This document shows positions 9,697 to 17,189 of a stretch of 64,000 nt of DNA, in pieces. The translations under genes were made by a program, and so were the position numbers. The notes under the pieces are model-generated. The model saw nothing but the letters and a program-made list of their open reading frames with translations, was not told the origin of the DNA and ran no database searches. Source of the stretch: a virus; IMG/VR virus record IMGVR_UViG_3300045988_170068; one strand, given 5' to 3'. Every line of letters begins with the position of its first letter. The stretch's first letter is position 1.

Positions 9697-10944
9697 ATGA
9701 TGTTTAATAAATATCCTGAATTACGAATTGCATATGAAAATGAATGCAGACGACAGGAACAAAACATAGAGCTCATTGCTTCAGAAAATTTTGTAAGTAT
9801 TGATATATTATCAGCACTAGGAAGTGTATTTACAAACAAATACAGCGAGGGTTATCCAAAGTACAGAACTGAAGATAAGGGAAACAAAGGAAGATACTAC
9901 GGAGGGTGTCAATACATTGACGAAGTAGAAGATTTCTGTATTGAGCAATGGAAGAAAGTATTTCATTTAGATCATAAGATATCTGGATTGAATAAAACAA
10001 GTTATCATGTCAATGTTCAGCCTCATTCTGGTTCGCAAGCTAATATGGCTTCGTATATGAGTGTACTTAATCCTGGTGACACTATTCTGTCAATGAACCT
10101 AAACAACGGAGGGCATCTTACACACGGATCCTCTGTTAATTTCTCTGGAAAACTTTATAATGTTGTTTTCTATGATGTAGATGAAAGAGGATACATTGAT
10201 TATCTTGACATTGAAAAGAAGATAAAAGAGTTCAAACCTAAACTTGTTTTAGCAGGAGCAAGTGCCTATTCTAGAACAATTGATTTTGAAAGGATATATA
10301 ACATAATAAATATCTGTTCGACTCATGATTACAGACCGTATTTCATGGTAGATATGAGCCATATAGCAGGATTAGTTGCTACAGGTAACCATCCTTCTCC
10401 CTTTGGTTATGCAGATATTATAACTACCACAACACACAAGACATTAAGAGGGCCTAGAGGCGGTATAATATTTTGTGTAAATGACCTTGCAAAGAAAGTA
10501 GATAGTTCAGTATTTCCTGGTTGTCAAGGTGGTCCGCTTCAGAATGTAATTCTTGCAAAGGCAGTATGTGCTTGTGAAGATTGTCAACCGGAATATTACA
10601 AATACATTGATAGAGTTGTTAGGAACGCAAATGCAATGGCAACTAGATTCAAACAACTTGGTTATGACATAGTAACAGGTGGAACCGATAATCACATGTT
10701 CTTGATTGACTTGTCTAAAACTCATCCTAATTTATCCGGTAGAGATGTTCAGGAATATTTAGACAAATTTAATATAACCGTTAATAAGAATTGTGTACCA
10801 AATGAAAAACGAGGTCCTCAGCAAGCTTCAGGAATACGGATTGGTACACCTGCAATGACAACTAAGGGCTGGTCAGAAACGGATTTCATGATTTGCGCTG
10901 AGAAGATTGACGAGCTTATTAAACAACTAAATAAGAATCGTTAA
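9697..10944 (+). CDS. glyA: serine hydroxymethyltransferase
   Basis: ELIASENF, HLTHGS and the PLP-lysine motif TTTTHKTLRGPRGG. The start is ATG 9697 or 9700. Confidence 0.9.
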   Translation: MMFNKYPELRIAYENECRRQEQNIELIASENFVSIDILSALGSVFTNKYSEGYPKYRTEDKGNKGRYYGGCQYIDEVEDFCIEQWKKVFHLDHKISGLNKTSYHVNVQPHSGSQANMASYMSVLNPGDTILSMNLNNGGHLTHGSSVNFSGKLYNVVFYDVDERGYIDYLDIEKKIKEFKPKLVLAGASAYSRTIDFERIYNIINICSTHDYRPYFMVDMSHIAGLVATGNHPSPFGYADIITTTTHKTLRGPRGGIIFCVNDLAKKVDSSVFPGCQGGPLQNVILAKAVCACEDCQPEYYKYIDRVVRNANAMATRFKQLGYDIVTGGTDNHMFLIDLSKTHPNLSGRDVQEYLDKFNITVNKNCVPNEKRGPQQASGIRIGTPAMTTKGWSETDFMICAEKIDELIKQLNKNR

Positions 10945-10956
10945 TAAGTATGTAGG
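10935..10956 (+). promoter_or_regulatory. 22-nt promoter-like box (GAATCGTTAATAAGTATGTAGG)
   Basis: One of 7 extended copies of AATCGTTAT..(T/C)ATGTAG. This copy overlaps the glyA stop. Confidence 0.45.
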
Positions 10957-11142
10957 CAGACAACATCTGCTTACAACTAGAAGAGAAGGGTCGCGACCTT
11001 CGGGAAGTGCTAATTTTGGGACGAGCACTCAGGCAAGTTGGTGGGTAGCCTTGCCAGTTAAGATTCATTCTTACCAAATCGGAAATGTAGTGTATTTTGG
11101 CTTATCTACAAGCTGAATTTTTAAGCAATCGAAAGAGGTTGA
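10957..11142 (+). ncRNA. ORF-free hairpin-rich segment downstream of a promoter-like box (leader or small RNA)
   Basis: No ORF. Hairpins GCAGA..TCTGC and CAGGCAAG..CTTGCC. Function unknown. Confidence 0.25.
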
Positions 11143-11352
11143 ATGATAGTGAAACCTGAGTCAAATAAATACTACGATCAGATTGATGAAGCTATCAAGT
11201 CGTATGAACAGTTTAGACCTTGTCATCCTATGGGTCCTGATAAAATATGTGACAAGATTGATTGGTGCTGGAAATGGAGAAAAATTTCTGAAAATCAAAT
11301 GCACATCCTTGTCGATAGAATAGTTTATCTTATGGACAATAACTTAGTTTGA
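11143..11352 (+). CDS. hypothetical protein
   Basis: 69-aa ORF with AGAGG upstream of the ATG. Confidence 0.45.
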   Translation: MIVKPESNKYYDQIDEAIKSYEQFRPCHPMGPDKICDKIDWCWKWRKISENQMHILVDRIVYLMDNNLV

Positions 11353-11366
11353 GCTTATTTTAATAT

Positions 11367-11441
11367 TGGGGCGTAGCCAAGCGGAAAGGCAGTAGACTTT
11401 GACTCTATTATTCGCTGGTTCGAATCCAGCCGTCCCAGCCA
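11367..11441 (+). tRNA. tRNA-Gln(TTG)
   Basis: Hand-folded cloverleaf with U1:A72, anticodon loop CTTTGAC, T-loop TTCGAAT and encoded CCA. Confidence 0.85.
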
Positions 11442-11644
11442 GTGGTCAATTAGCTATTGACTGATGTCAGAGTAATCAGCTAACCTGACAAAGAATGAAA
11501 ATGATCGCTGAAAACTGCTACTAAAGGATGCGTCCTCGTTATTTACCTTAAGATAGGGGCTAATCATCTCCGGATTATTAGTTGATAATGAGTAGCGTGA
11601 CAATCTAAGCGGTAAGCTGATGAGTTAGTGTAGGAGGAATATAA

Positions 11645-12028
11645 ATGAAAATTCTTCGTCATCAAAACATAGAAGGAATGGCGAGAGTTGGATTTACTTC
11701 AGATAGCTACGAAGTATACGTCAATACAGACGATGGTGGAAAAATTCCTCACTTTCATTACAGACTGAAAAATGATTGGAATAAGTTTCACACATGTATA
11801 AAAATTGAAAGTCCTGGATATTTTCATCATACAGGCAAAGAAAGCGTGTTGAATTCTAAACAAATTAGATCGCTCATTCGATTTCTTAAGTCACCTGTAT
11901 CTCTATCACAATATAGTGAAAAATTTTCTAACAACTTTGAATTGATTATTTTTCTATGGAACATAAACAATTCGGATGTTATAGTTGATCCTGAAGCAAA
12001 AATTCCTGATTACTATCAACTAAATTAA
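11645..12028 (+). CDS. hypothetical protein (DUF4160-like PHFH motif?)
   Basis: GGAGG upstream of the ATG. GGKIPHFHY motif. Family assignment is weak. Confidence 0.45.
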   Translation: MKILRHQNIEGMARVGFTSDSYEVYVNTDDGGKIPHFHYRLKNDWNKFHTCIKIESPGYFHHTGKESVLNSKQIRSLIRFLKSPVSLSQYSEKFSNNFELIIFLWNINNSDVIVDPEAKIPDYYQLN

Positions 12029-12031
12029 ATC

Positions 12032-12053
12032 CAATCGTTATTAAGTATGTAGC
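12032..12053 (+). promoter_or_regulatory. 22-nt promoter-like box (CAATCGTTATTAAGTATGTAGC)
   Basis: Extended copy of the AATCGTTAT..ATGTAG box, 48 nt upstream of repeat unit C. Confidence 0.45.
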
Positions 12054-12101
12054 AGCTAATAAGCTGTAACATAAGGAGCTCACAATCCTGCCTAAGTAGA
12101 T

Positions 12102-12134
12102 GTCTCATTAGATATATAATGAGTGAATTGAAAT
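12102..12134 (+). repeat. solitary type I-C-like CRISPR repeat unit C
   Basis: GT-CTCATTA-GATATA-TAATGAG-TGAATTGAAAT: perfect 7-bp stem plus an 11-nt tail that differs by 1 nt from the I-C handle TGGATTGAAAT. Confidence 0.6.
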
Positions 12135-12235
12135 CGCACAAACTAGAAAAGAGTGAGTGGCAAGGAATATGCCAGGAATGATTCTAAGCTTGACATGCAA
12201 GTACAACCGGGTGAGAAACTAGTCCCGGTAAATAT

Positions 12236-12310
12236 TGTCAATTAGTTTATTAGGTAAAACATCATAGCTTAAGATATGATAAGTAGGTTCAAATCCTACA
12301 TTGACAGCCA
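12236..12310 (+). tRNA. tRNA-like gene with aberrant anticodon arm (8-nt loop GCTTAAGA; anticodon TAA?)
   Basis: Perfect acceptor stem TGTCAAT/ATTGACA. D arm GTTT/AAAC. T arm GTAGG-TTCAAAT-CCTAC. Encoded CCA. The only well-paired anticodon stem, TCATA/TATGA, leaves 8 loop nt and a 3-nt variable region. Confidence 0.5.
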
Positions 12311-12339
12311 TCGGTCATTGTTGACTGACGCCCTACCGA

Positions 12340-12378
12340 ATATGCTATCTTGGATCATCAGTAGCATATGCAGTTTTT
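12340..12378 (+). terminator. terminator-like hairpin
   Basis: ATATGCTA/TAGCATAT stem with a 14-nt loop, then GCAGTTTTT. Confidence 0.45.
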
Positions 12379-12430
12379 CAACTCTTTTTCTGCTCATCGA
12401 GTGTGTTGATAATAAAAGAGTCATATACAT

Positions 12431-12522
12431 GGCGCGATACCGAAGTGGTCACAACGGAGCGGTCTTGAAAACCGTAGGCGGTGATGAGCCGTCCGTGGGT
12501 TCGAATCCCACTCGCGCCGCCA
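12431..12522 (+). tRNA. tRNA-Ser(TGA)
   Basis: Acceptor GGCGCGA/TCGCGCC, anticodon loop CTTGAAA, long variable arm, T-loop TTCGAAT and encoded CCA. Confidence 0.9.
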
Positions 12523-12747
12523 TGCCTTTTCATATGCTGACATTAGATTGTCAAGTTGATGAAAGTGAAACCAACTATGCTGGCAGGTTGTCGACGGGTT
12601 GAAGAGCCGTAGAGTCTAAACTATTCTCCTCTATTCTAGAAAGAGTCGGAAAGCTAGGTCCCGTAGTAGCAGCCGAAAAGTATCCTAAAACGATAGGCGT
12701 TAAAACATGTTTTATAGGTGACAGCCTGGAAAGACAGGCAAATATAT

Positions 12748-12824
12748 TGCAGGGTGGACAAGTAGCTAAGTCGCCAGCTTCATGCGCTGGAAATCGCAGG
12801 TTCAAATCCTGCCCACTGCAACCA
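12748..12824 (+). tRNA. tRNA-Met-like (CAT) with bulged acceptor stem
   Basis: Anticodon arm CCAGC-TTCATGC-GCTGG and T arm GCAGG-TTCAAAT-CCTGC are clean. The acceptor TGCAGGG pairs with CC(A)CTGCA only if one A is bulged. The D-loop lacks GG. Confidence 0.5.
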
Positions 12825-13152
12825 TTGTCTACTGGTCACCATCTACATACGACAATCAAAACTGCATAGGAGATGGGATGGGCAACGGCAGCCCTGATAA
12901 GTGAAGCGATGTTCGAGTCATCAACCTGATCCTGTTCGACTCAGGCAGGGCATGGTGCAAAACTTATCAAGAGGAACTAAGTACCTGCCTCGCTTCGGAT
13001 AGCAAAGAAGGCGTTAGTAGTAATCGAAAAACTACTCGCGGTTACAGGGAGGGAGCGGCGTTATAGGTAAACCTCCTGGGTGTTCTGCTATCGTGCACCT
13101 TAGAAAGGCGAAGCTTTTCAGTTAGGACTAATCCGGCCAGATAGCAAAATAT

Positions 13153-13226
13153 GCGGATATAGTGTAACGGTAACATGCGACTCTTCCAAAGTCGTGTTGC
13201 GGGTTCGAGTCCCGTTATCCGCTCCA
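13153..13226 (+). tRNA. tRNA-Gly(TCC)
   Basis: Acceptor GCGGATA/TATCCGC, anticodon loop CTTCCAA, T-loop TTCGAGT and encoded CCA. Confidence 0.9.
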
Positions 13227-13244
13227 TAGAGGAAGGTGACAAAT

Positions 13245-13580
13245 ATGTCTGTTTATAAATGCCCAATTTGCGGAGGAAGAGGATTTGTTCCTTGCGGATT
13301 CTATTCAAGTCAAACATATGATGGAAGCTCAGTGACTAATTCTACTTCAAACGAAGTTTGTAGAAGCTGTCATGGTAGAGGAATCGTATTTGATGAATTC
13401 TTAGGATCAACTTCAAATAGTATTCATAGATGTTGCAGTAATTGTGAAATGAACGATGGTTTGGTTTATACATCTAATCCCCCTAAGTACAGATGTACTT
13501 TATCTGGTTATTTCAATGAAGGAACACATGTATGCAATCTAGATGATATTTTGTCAAATGGAAATAACCAATCTAAATAA
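13245..13580 (+). CDS. Cys-rich protein with DnaJ-type CxxCxGxG zinc-finger repeats
   Basis: CPICGGRGFV and CRSCHGRGIV. ATG 13245 is preceded by GGAAGGTGA. Confidence 0.5.
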   Translation: MSVYKCPICGGRGFVPCGFYSSQTYDGSSVTNSTSNEVCRSCHGRGIVFDEFLGSTSNSIHRCCSNCEMNDGLVYTSNPPKYRCTLSGYFNEGTHVCNLDDILSNGNNQSK

Positions 13581-13625
13581 GTTGATACTCGGTAGGGCGC
13601 TGCGGTGTGCTTGACCGTGTGTTTC

Positions 13626-13661
13626 CGTCCAGGTGTTGGCGCACCTGGACGCTTTCTTTTT
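13626..13661 (+). terminator. rho-independent terminator
   Basis: 10-bp GC-rich stem CGTCCAGGTG/CACCTGGACG followed by CTTTCTTTTT. Confidence 0.8.
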
Positions 13662-13668
13662 CTATCTA

Positions 13669-13692
13669 GTAAATTATTAACGAATGATTAAG
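13669..13692 (+). promoter_or_regulatory. 24-nt box GTAAATTATTAACGAATGATTAAG (copy 1)
   Basis: Identical 24-mer at 59339-59362. Both copies lie just upstream of TTGACT -35 elements. Confidence 0.5.
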
Positions 13693-13696
13693 ACTA

Positions 13697-13725
13697 TTGA
13701 CTTTTCACAAGAATCGTTATATAAT
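13697..13725 (+). promoter_or_regulatory. sigma-A-type promoter (TTGACT-17-TATAAT)
   Basis: -35 at 13697-13702, -10 at 13720-13725, 17-nt spacer. The spacer and -10 contain the AATCGTTAT box. Confidence 0.65.
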
Positions 13726-13778
13726 ATGTACATAAGTCAGCCAACACATCAAAAAGCTTCAAAGCTAAGGAGAACAAA

Positions 13779-14009
13779 ATGAACGGATACATTATCAAAG
13801 CTACATACCTCACCGGTCCGAACACAGGAAGATCTTATTTCCTTCAAAAAGCGCTTGAAAGAAGCAACATGCTTGAACACGTATTAGAGAAGAGATACAG
13901 AGAGTATCAATCTAAAAACGGGTACAATGTATCGAAATACATGATCAACGAATTGATGAAATACACACCGTATTTCGTCAAAACTGTTCACAATTCGGAT
14001 GTTCACTGA
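13779..14009 (+). CDS. hypothetical protein
   Basis: 76-aa ORF with AAGGAG upstream of the ATG. Confidence 0.5.
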   Translation: MNGYIIKATYLTGPNTGRSYFLQKALERSNMLEHVLEKRYREYQSKNGYNVSKYMINELMKYTPYFVKTVHNSDVH

Positions 14010-14022
14010 GGAGGTATTCATA

Positions 14023-14295
14023 ATGATCATCAATTCTCGTTTTGAAGCAAGAAAGTCTGTTGAGCATAGTTTCGAGCTTGCGTCCAAGCTTCATATGACT
14101 GTCATCAATGTCTTTCATAAGGACTTGATTACAGGTGAAATTGTTCTCACTGATATGTTCAGCCACGATAGTATTCAAGCCGTTACATGGAGAGACAATT
14201 ACCTTGAATCGTTAAAGAAGCTAGAGGTACCTTACATTTGCTATGTGGGAGATCATTTCACAGAAGCATCTGGCTACTTAGACTTTGAGGAGTGA
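14023..14295 (+). CDS. hypothetical protein
   Basis: ATG 14023 lies 7-8 nt after GAGGAGG. The track start at 13999 lacks an SD. Confidence 0.5.
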   Translation: MIINSRFEARKSVEHSFELASKLHMTVINVFHKDLITGEIVLTDMFSHDSIQAVTWRDNYLESLKKLEVPYICYVGDHFTEASGYLDFEE

Positions 14296-14300
14296 CAATC

Positions 14301-14597
14301 ATGGATAGAAAAGTTTTTGAAGCTTTATCTTCTGCAAATAAATTGATCAACCATCAACTTGATTGTCAAAAGGCCGCTATTCTTGATATAAAAAAGGCCA
14401 TTGAAGAAACATCGAAAGCTTTCAATATCACTTACAAACAGGGCCGCAGTGAAGGATTTGAATCCGAAACTATTGAAGACACAGCAGGAATATATGCTCT
14501 GCTTGTTGGAGCAAAATCTGAAATCGAATGTGCTGTTTCTAAACTTGAGGAAGCTAAGAACATGATGCCCAATTTTGATAAAGGAAAGAATATATGA
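14301..14597 (+). CDS. hypothetical protein
   Basis: ATG 14301 follows GAGGAG. Confidence 0.5.
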   Translation: MDRKVFEALSSANKLINHQLDCQKAAILDIKKAIEETSKAFNITYKQGRSEGFESETIEDTAGIYALLVGAKSEIECAVSKLEEAKNMMPNFDKGKNI

Positions 14598-14989
14598 AAC
14601 GAATAATCAAGAAATCGGCTGTAATCGGGATGGCTAAAGAACCGTCAAGAGGTGTTTTTTGGATAGTTGATGGAAAAGTCCTGTCATTTCCTTTTTACAA
14701 TGACATAACTTCTCCCGGCGTTGCTAAATCCGGATTGACTTACAACCACAAAAATTTGTGGCCCGATGTTAAACCTAAAGGATGCAATAAACCGTATAAT
14801 TACTACCCTCGTGGACGAGTGGAGCTAGGAAAGAAAAATCCTATCATATATGTAAATCCTAACTTCGATAAATATGATTTAGCAGAAGTTAGAAAGGATT
14901 TTGGACTTATCAATGAGCCTAAAGTAGTATTTGATAATTCAGATCATTACAAATGTTATCTAGATGACGGATGGAAGCCAGATAAATAA
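14594..14989 (+). CDS. hypothetical protein (FWIVDG...YYPRGRV motifs)
   Basis: 131-aa ORF coupled to the upstream gene (ATGA). I cannot name the family. Confidence 0.5.
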   Translation: MKRIIKKSAVIGMAKEPSRGVFWIVDGKVLSFPFYNDITSPGVAKSGLTYNHKNLWPDVKPKGCNKPYNYYPRGRVELGKKNPIIYVNPNFDKYDLAEVRKDFGLINEPKVVFDNSDHYKCYLDDGWKPDK

Positions 14990-15011
14990 CAATCGTTATA
15001 TAAAATGTAGT
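14990..15011 (+). promoter_or_regulatory. 22-nt promoter-like box (CAATCGTTATATAAAATGTAGT)
   Basis: Extended box ending 10 nt before tRNA-Leu(TAA). Confidence 0.5.
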
Positions 15012-15021
15012 AATCAAATTT

Positions 15022-15106
15022 GCTGGTGTGGTGGAACAGGCAGACACAGGGGACTTAAAATCCCTCGGAGAAATCCTTACGAGTTCGAATCTCGTCACCA
15101 GCACCA
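15022..15106 (+). tRNA. tRNA-Leu(TAA)
   Basis: Acceptor GCTGGTG/CACCAGC, anticodon loop CTTAAAA, long variable arm, T-loop TTCGAAT and encoded CCA. Confidence 0.9.
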
Positions 15107-15108
15107 CT

Positions 15109-15140
15109 GTCGTAGTCAAATTGATTACGTGGATTGAAAC
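15109..15140 (+). repeat. solitary type I-C-like CRISPR repeat unit A
   Basis: GT-CGTAGTC-AAATT-GATTACG-TGGATTGAAAC, 32 nt. It has a 5' GTCG, a 7-bp stem (one G-U) and the tail CGTGGATTGAAAC, as in canonical I-C repeats. Begins 2 nt after the tRNA CCA. Confidence 0.7.
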
Positions 15141-15160
15141 GAATCCCGTCACCAGCACCA
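15141..15160 (+). repeat. 20-nt duplicate of the tRNA-Leu(TAA) 3' end, directly abutting repeat unit A
   Basis: GAATCCCGTCACCAGCACCA versus 15087-15106 GAATCTCGTCACCAGCACCA: 19 of 20 identical. Confidence 0.85.
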
Positions 15161-16134
15161 AATGAGGGTTTGTCCTCAAGTAATGCTACTGAAAGTGCAT
15201 CCTTACGGTGGAGGTATTGGTTAACCGTTATTAGATTATTGTAAAATACAATAGAAAATAAAAGCGAGGTTCAATTCAACAGTAGTTCAATTTTGTTAAA
15301 TGAATTACTTTTGATGGTCCGGTACGATTCCGGAGGGATTGTCTTCATTCCTAACGCTTAGACCTATCTTTTCTATATAGCTGGCCACTATTCTGCCAAT
15401 CGACGGATTGGATGAGGTTTCGACCATCAGATAAACGGCTGAAAATGTATAGGCGTTTACTGCTTAACGAAATGAAGCGGGCTGTTGTTCATCTCAGGAT
15501 AAGAAGATGGCGTGCCAGCCGACATTGTTAGCCTATTTCGGTAGGTATTCGGTTAGAATAAGGAATGCTACTTATTCGGGAGCTAAATTGAATGTGCATC
15601 CTTCTGAAGTTGGAGTCTCGAAGATAACGTTTCTGAGAGATAGATTTTAAGTTAGTACTTAGAATTGAGGTTAAACTTGTCAGCTCCTAAAAGTTAATAT
15701 CGAGCAAACTCACCATAAAGTGTTCTAGCTGCTAATCTAAAAGAGAATGAGATGATTAGAAGGATTGAGCGAATCTAGATGCTCGTTATTATATTTGCCA
15801 TCTGCTGGTCCTACACAGCAGTGAGGATGGTAGGACATCCAATAACTAAGCGAACAGCCGAAATAGCGCCGGACACCTCGCCCGTTGAGGAGGGAATTTG
15901 AACAAAAAGGTGAGATATGTTCACACCAGAACATAAGGGCATATGGAATGGTGGAAATGCTTACTAAACCAAGCTGCCAGGTTATCTGATAAGAAGTCAG
16001 GATTTGAGGCAGATAAGTGATAGAATGAAGTAATCTCATTTGACTTTGAGAAGAACCTTTCATATTATCACTTAATGAGTTCTATGCGTTGCAAACACTT
16101 CTCTCATTCGGGAAAGAAAAGAAGGGTTAGACAT
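15161..16134 (+). ncRNA. ~1 kb ORF-free, structure-rich block between tRNA genes (candidate large ncRNA and/or ORF-less intron-like element)
   Basis: No plus-strand ORF. Long-range pairs TGATGGTC 15312-15319 with GACCATCA 15422-15429. Pseudoknot-like CTGCTG-GTCCTAC-A-CAGCAG...GTAGGAC near 15800-15838. An 18-mer is shared with the polA intron. Confidence 0.4.
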
Positions 16135-16209
16135 GGCGCCTTGGTCAAGTGGTTAAGACACGGCCCTTTCACGGCTGTAACACGGGTTCGAGTCCCGTAG
16201 GCGTCACCA
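16135..16209 (+). tRNA. tRNA-Glu(TTC)
   Basis: Acceptor GGCGCCT/AGGCGTC, anticodon loop CTTTCAC, T-loop TTCGAGT and encoded CCA. Confidence 0.9.
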
Positions 16210-16300
16210 TCACATCATATAAGATGTGTTAAGTGTGATATATGGTAACAGATTCCGACCTAAGCGCACGGGTCTTCTAGAGGCCTTCGGAATCGAATAT

Positions 16301-16376
16301 CCGGGTGTAGCTCAGATGGTAGAGCGCGTGGTTTGGGACCACGAGGCCGCTGGTTCGAAACCAGTCACTCGGACCA
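16301..16376 (+). tRNA. tRNA-Pro(TGG)
   Basis: C1:G72 acceptor CCGGGTG/CACTCGG, anticodon loop TTTGGGA, T-loop TTCGAAA and encoded CCA. Confidence 0.9.
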
Positions 16377-16406
16377 TTTTTCACCCAACAGGAATGGGGT
16401 AGTAGT

Positions 16407-16949
16407 ATGAAGAAATTGATTAGACGAATGCCTGTAGTGAAAAAGTATATTGATATTATAGTCAATATTGACGACTACAAAAATGATTCATCTATTGCTG
16501 CTAATTCATTCACAAAAGCAAGAACATTTCAACCATCCGTTAAGAAAAAGTTCAAGATTTCAGATGAAGCGTTAAATATGTATACTGATTTCTTAAATTG
16601 CATACTCGAAGTAATTGTTAGAAACGGATTGAAAATATCTAAGCAATATCAATCTAAGAAAGGATACACATACTATATTCAGGTTGATCATATTGGATTA
16701 GTTGACGGAACAAAAATAAAGTACGAAATAACATTCAGGATAAACAATAATGTTAATCCTACTTTGAACAAAGGGCCTAAATTTGAGGGCAGCAGACAAA
16801 TGGTCATGCCTATAATGAAAAATATCAAGCTTGGAAAATTTGATCCTGCTGTCTACTCCGAAGCAATGTTTCATCTAAATAAAGTTTGTAAAGGTATACG
16901 AGAAGACAACAGAGATATTCTAGTAAACGAAGACATCTATTTCAATTGA
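16407..16949 (+). CDS. hypothetical protein
   Basis: 180-aa ORF between tRNA clusters with a weak SD. Confidence 0.5.
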   Translation: MKKLIRRMPVVKKYIDIIVNIDDYKNDSSIAANSFTKARTFQPSVKKKFKISDEALNMYTDFLNCILEVIVRNGLKISKQYQSKKGYTYYIQVDHIGLVDGTKIKYEITFRINNNVNPTLNKGPKFEGSRQMVMPIMKNIKLGKFDPAVYSEAMFHLNKVCKGIREDNRDILVNEDIYFN

Positions 16950-16957
16950 AATATGTA

Positions 16958-16979
16958 GAATCGTTATATAACATGTAGG
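16958..16979 (+). promoter_or_regulatory. 22-nt promoter-like box (GAATCGTTATATAACATGTAGG)
   Basis: Extended box followed by about 100 nt of ORF-free hairpin-containing sequence. Confidence 0.45.
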
Positions 16980-17080
16980 CGGCATCCATCTCGGATACAA
17001 TACTACAACGTAGATAGAGAAAACATTTTCTCTGTAATGAGAGGTAAGATACTCTTGAAGTAGCCTAAAAAAATAAATTA

Positions 17081-17102
17081 GCATCGTTATATATCATGTA
17101 GC
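17081..17102 (+). promoter_or_regulatory. 22-nt promoter-like box (GCATCGTTATATATCATGTAGC)
   Basis: Extended box ending 9-10 nt before tRNA-Thr. The leader CATCAAATAT resembles TAATCAAATT upstream of tRNA-Leu(TAA). Confidence 0.5.
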
Positions 17103-17111
17103 ATCAAATAT

Positions 17112-17187
17112 GCTGGATTAGCTCAGTTGGCAGAGCGCGTGATTTGTAATCTCGAGGTCAAGGGTTCGAGTCCCTTATCCAGCTCCA
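17112..17187 (+). tRNA. tRNA-Thr(TGT)
   Basis: Acceptor GCTGGAT/ATCCAGC, anticodon loop TTTGTAA (one U-U mismatch in the stem), T-loop TTCGAGT and encoded CCA. Confidence 0.85.
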
Positions 17188-17189
17188 TT

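Noticed and set aside
9506-9700. 64-aa ORF between the S1-domain gene and glyA.
   Set aside because: It overlaps both neighbours and has no SD. It may be real but is unsupported.
12538-12571. Possible fourth, degenerate repeat unit after tRNA-Ser (TGACA-TTAGAT-TGTCA + AGTTGATGAAAGTGAAAC). It shares ATTAGATTGT with unit B.
   Set aside because: The stem is only 5 bp and the 18-nt tail does not match the GGATTGAAAC handle. Too weak to call.
15737-16063. 108-aa minus-strand ORF inside the 1 kb ORF-free block.
   Set aside because: No ribosome-binding site, odd composition, wrong orientation for the region, and it overlaps predicted RNA helices.
16999-17015. AATACTACAACGTAGAT downstream of a promoter-like box resembles the Cas12a repeat 3' end AATTTCTAC-loop-GTAGAT.
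   Set aside because: The stem is only 4 bp, the UUU tract is missing, and it is a single occurrence. It may be worth including in a repeat-database search but is not supportable by eye.
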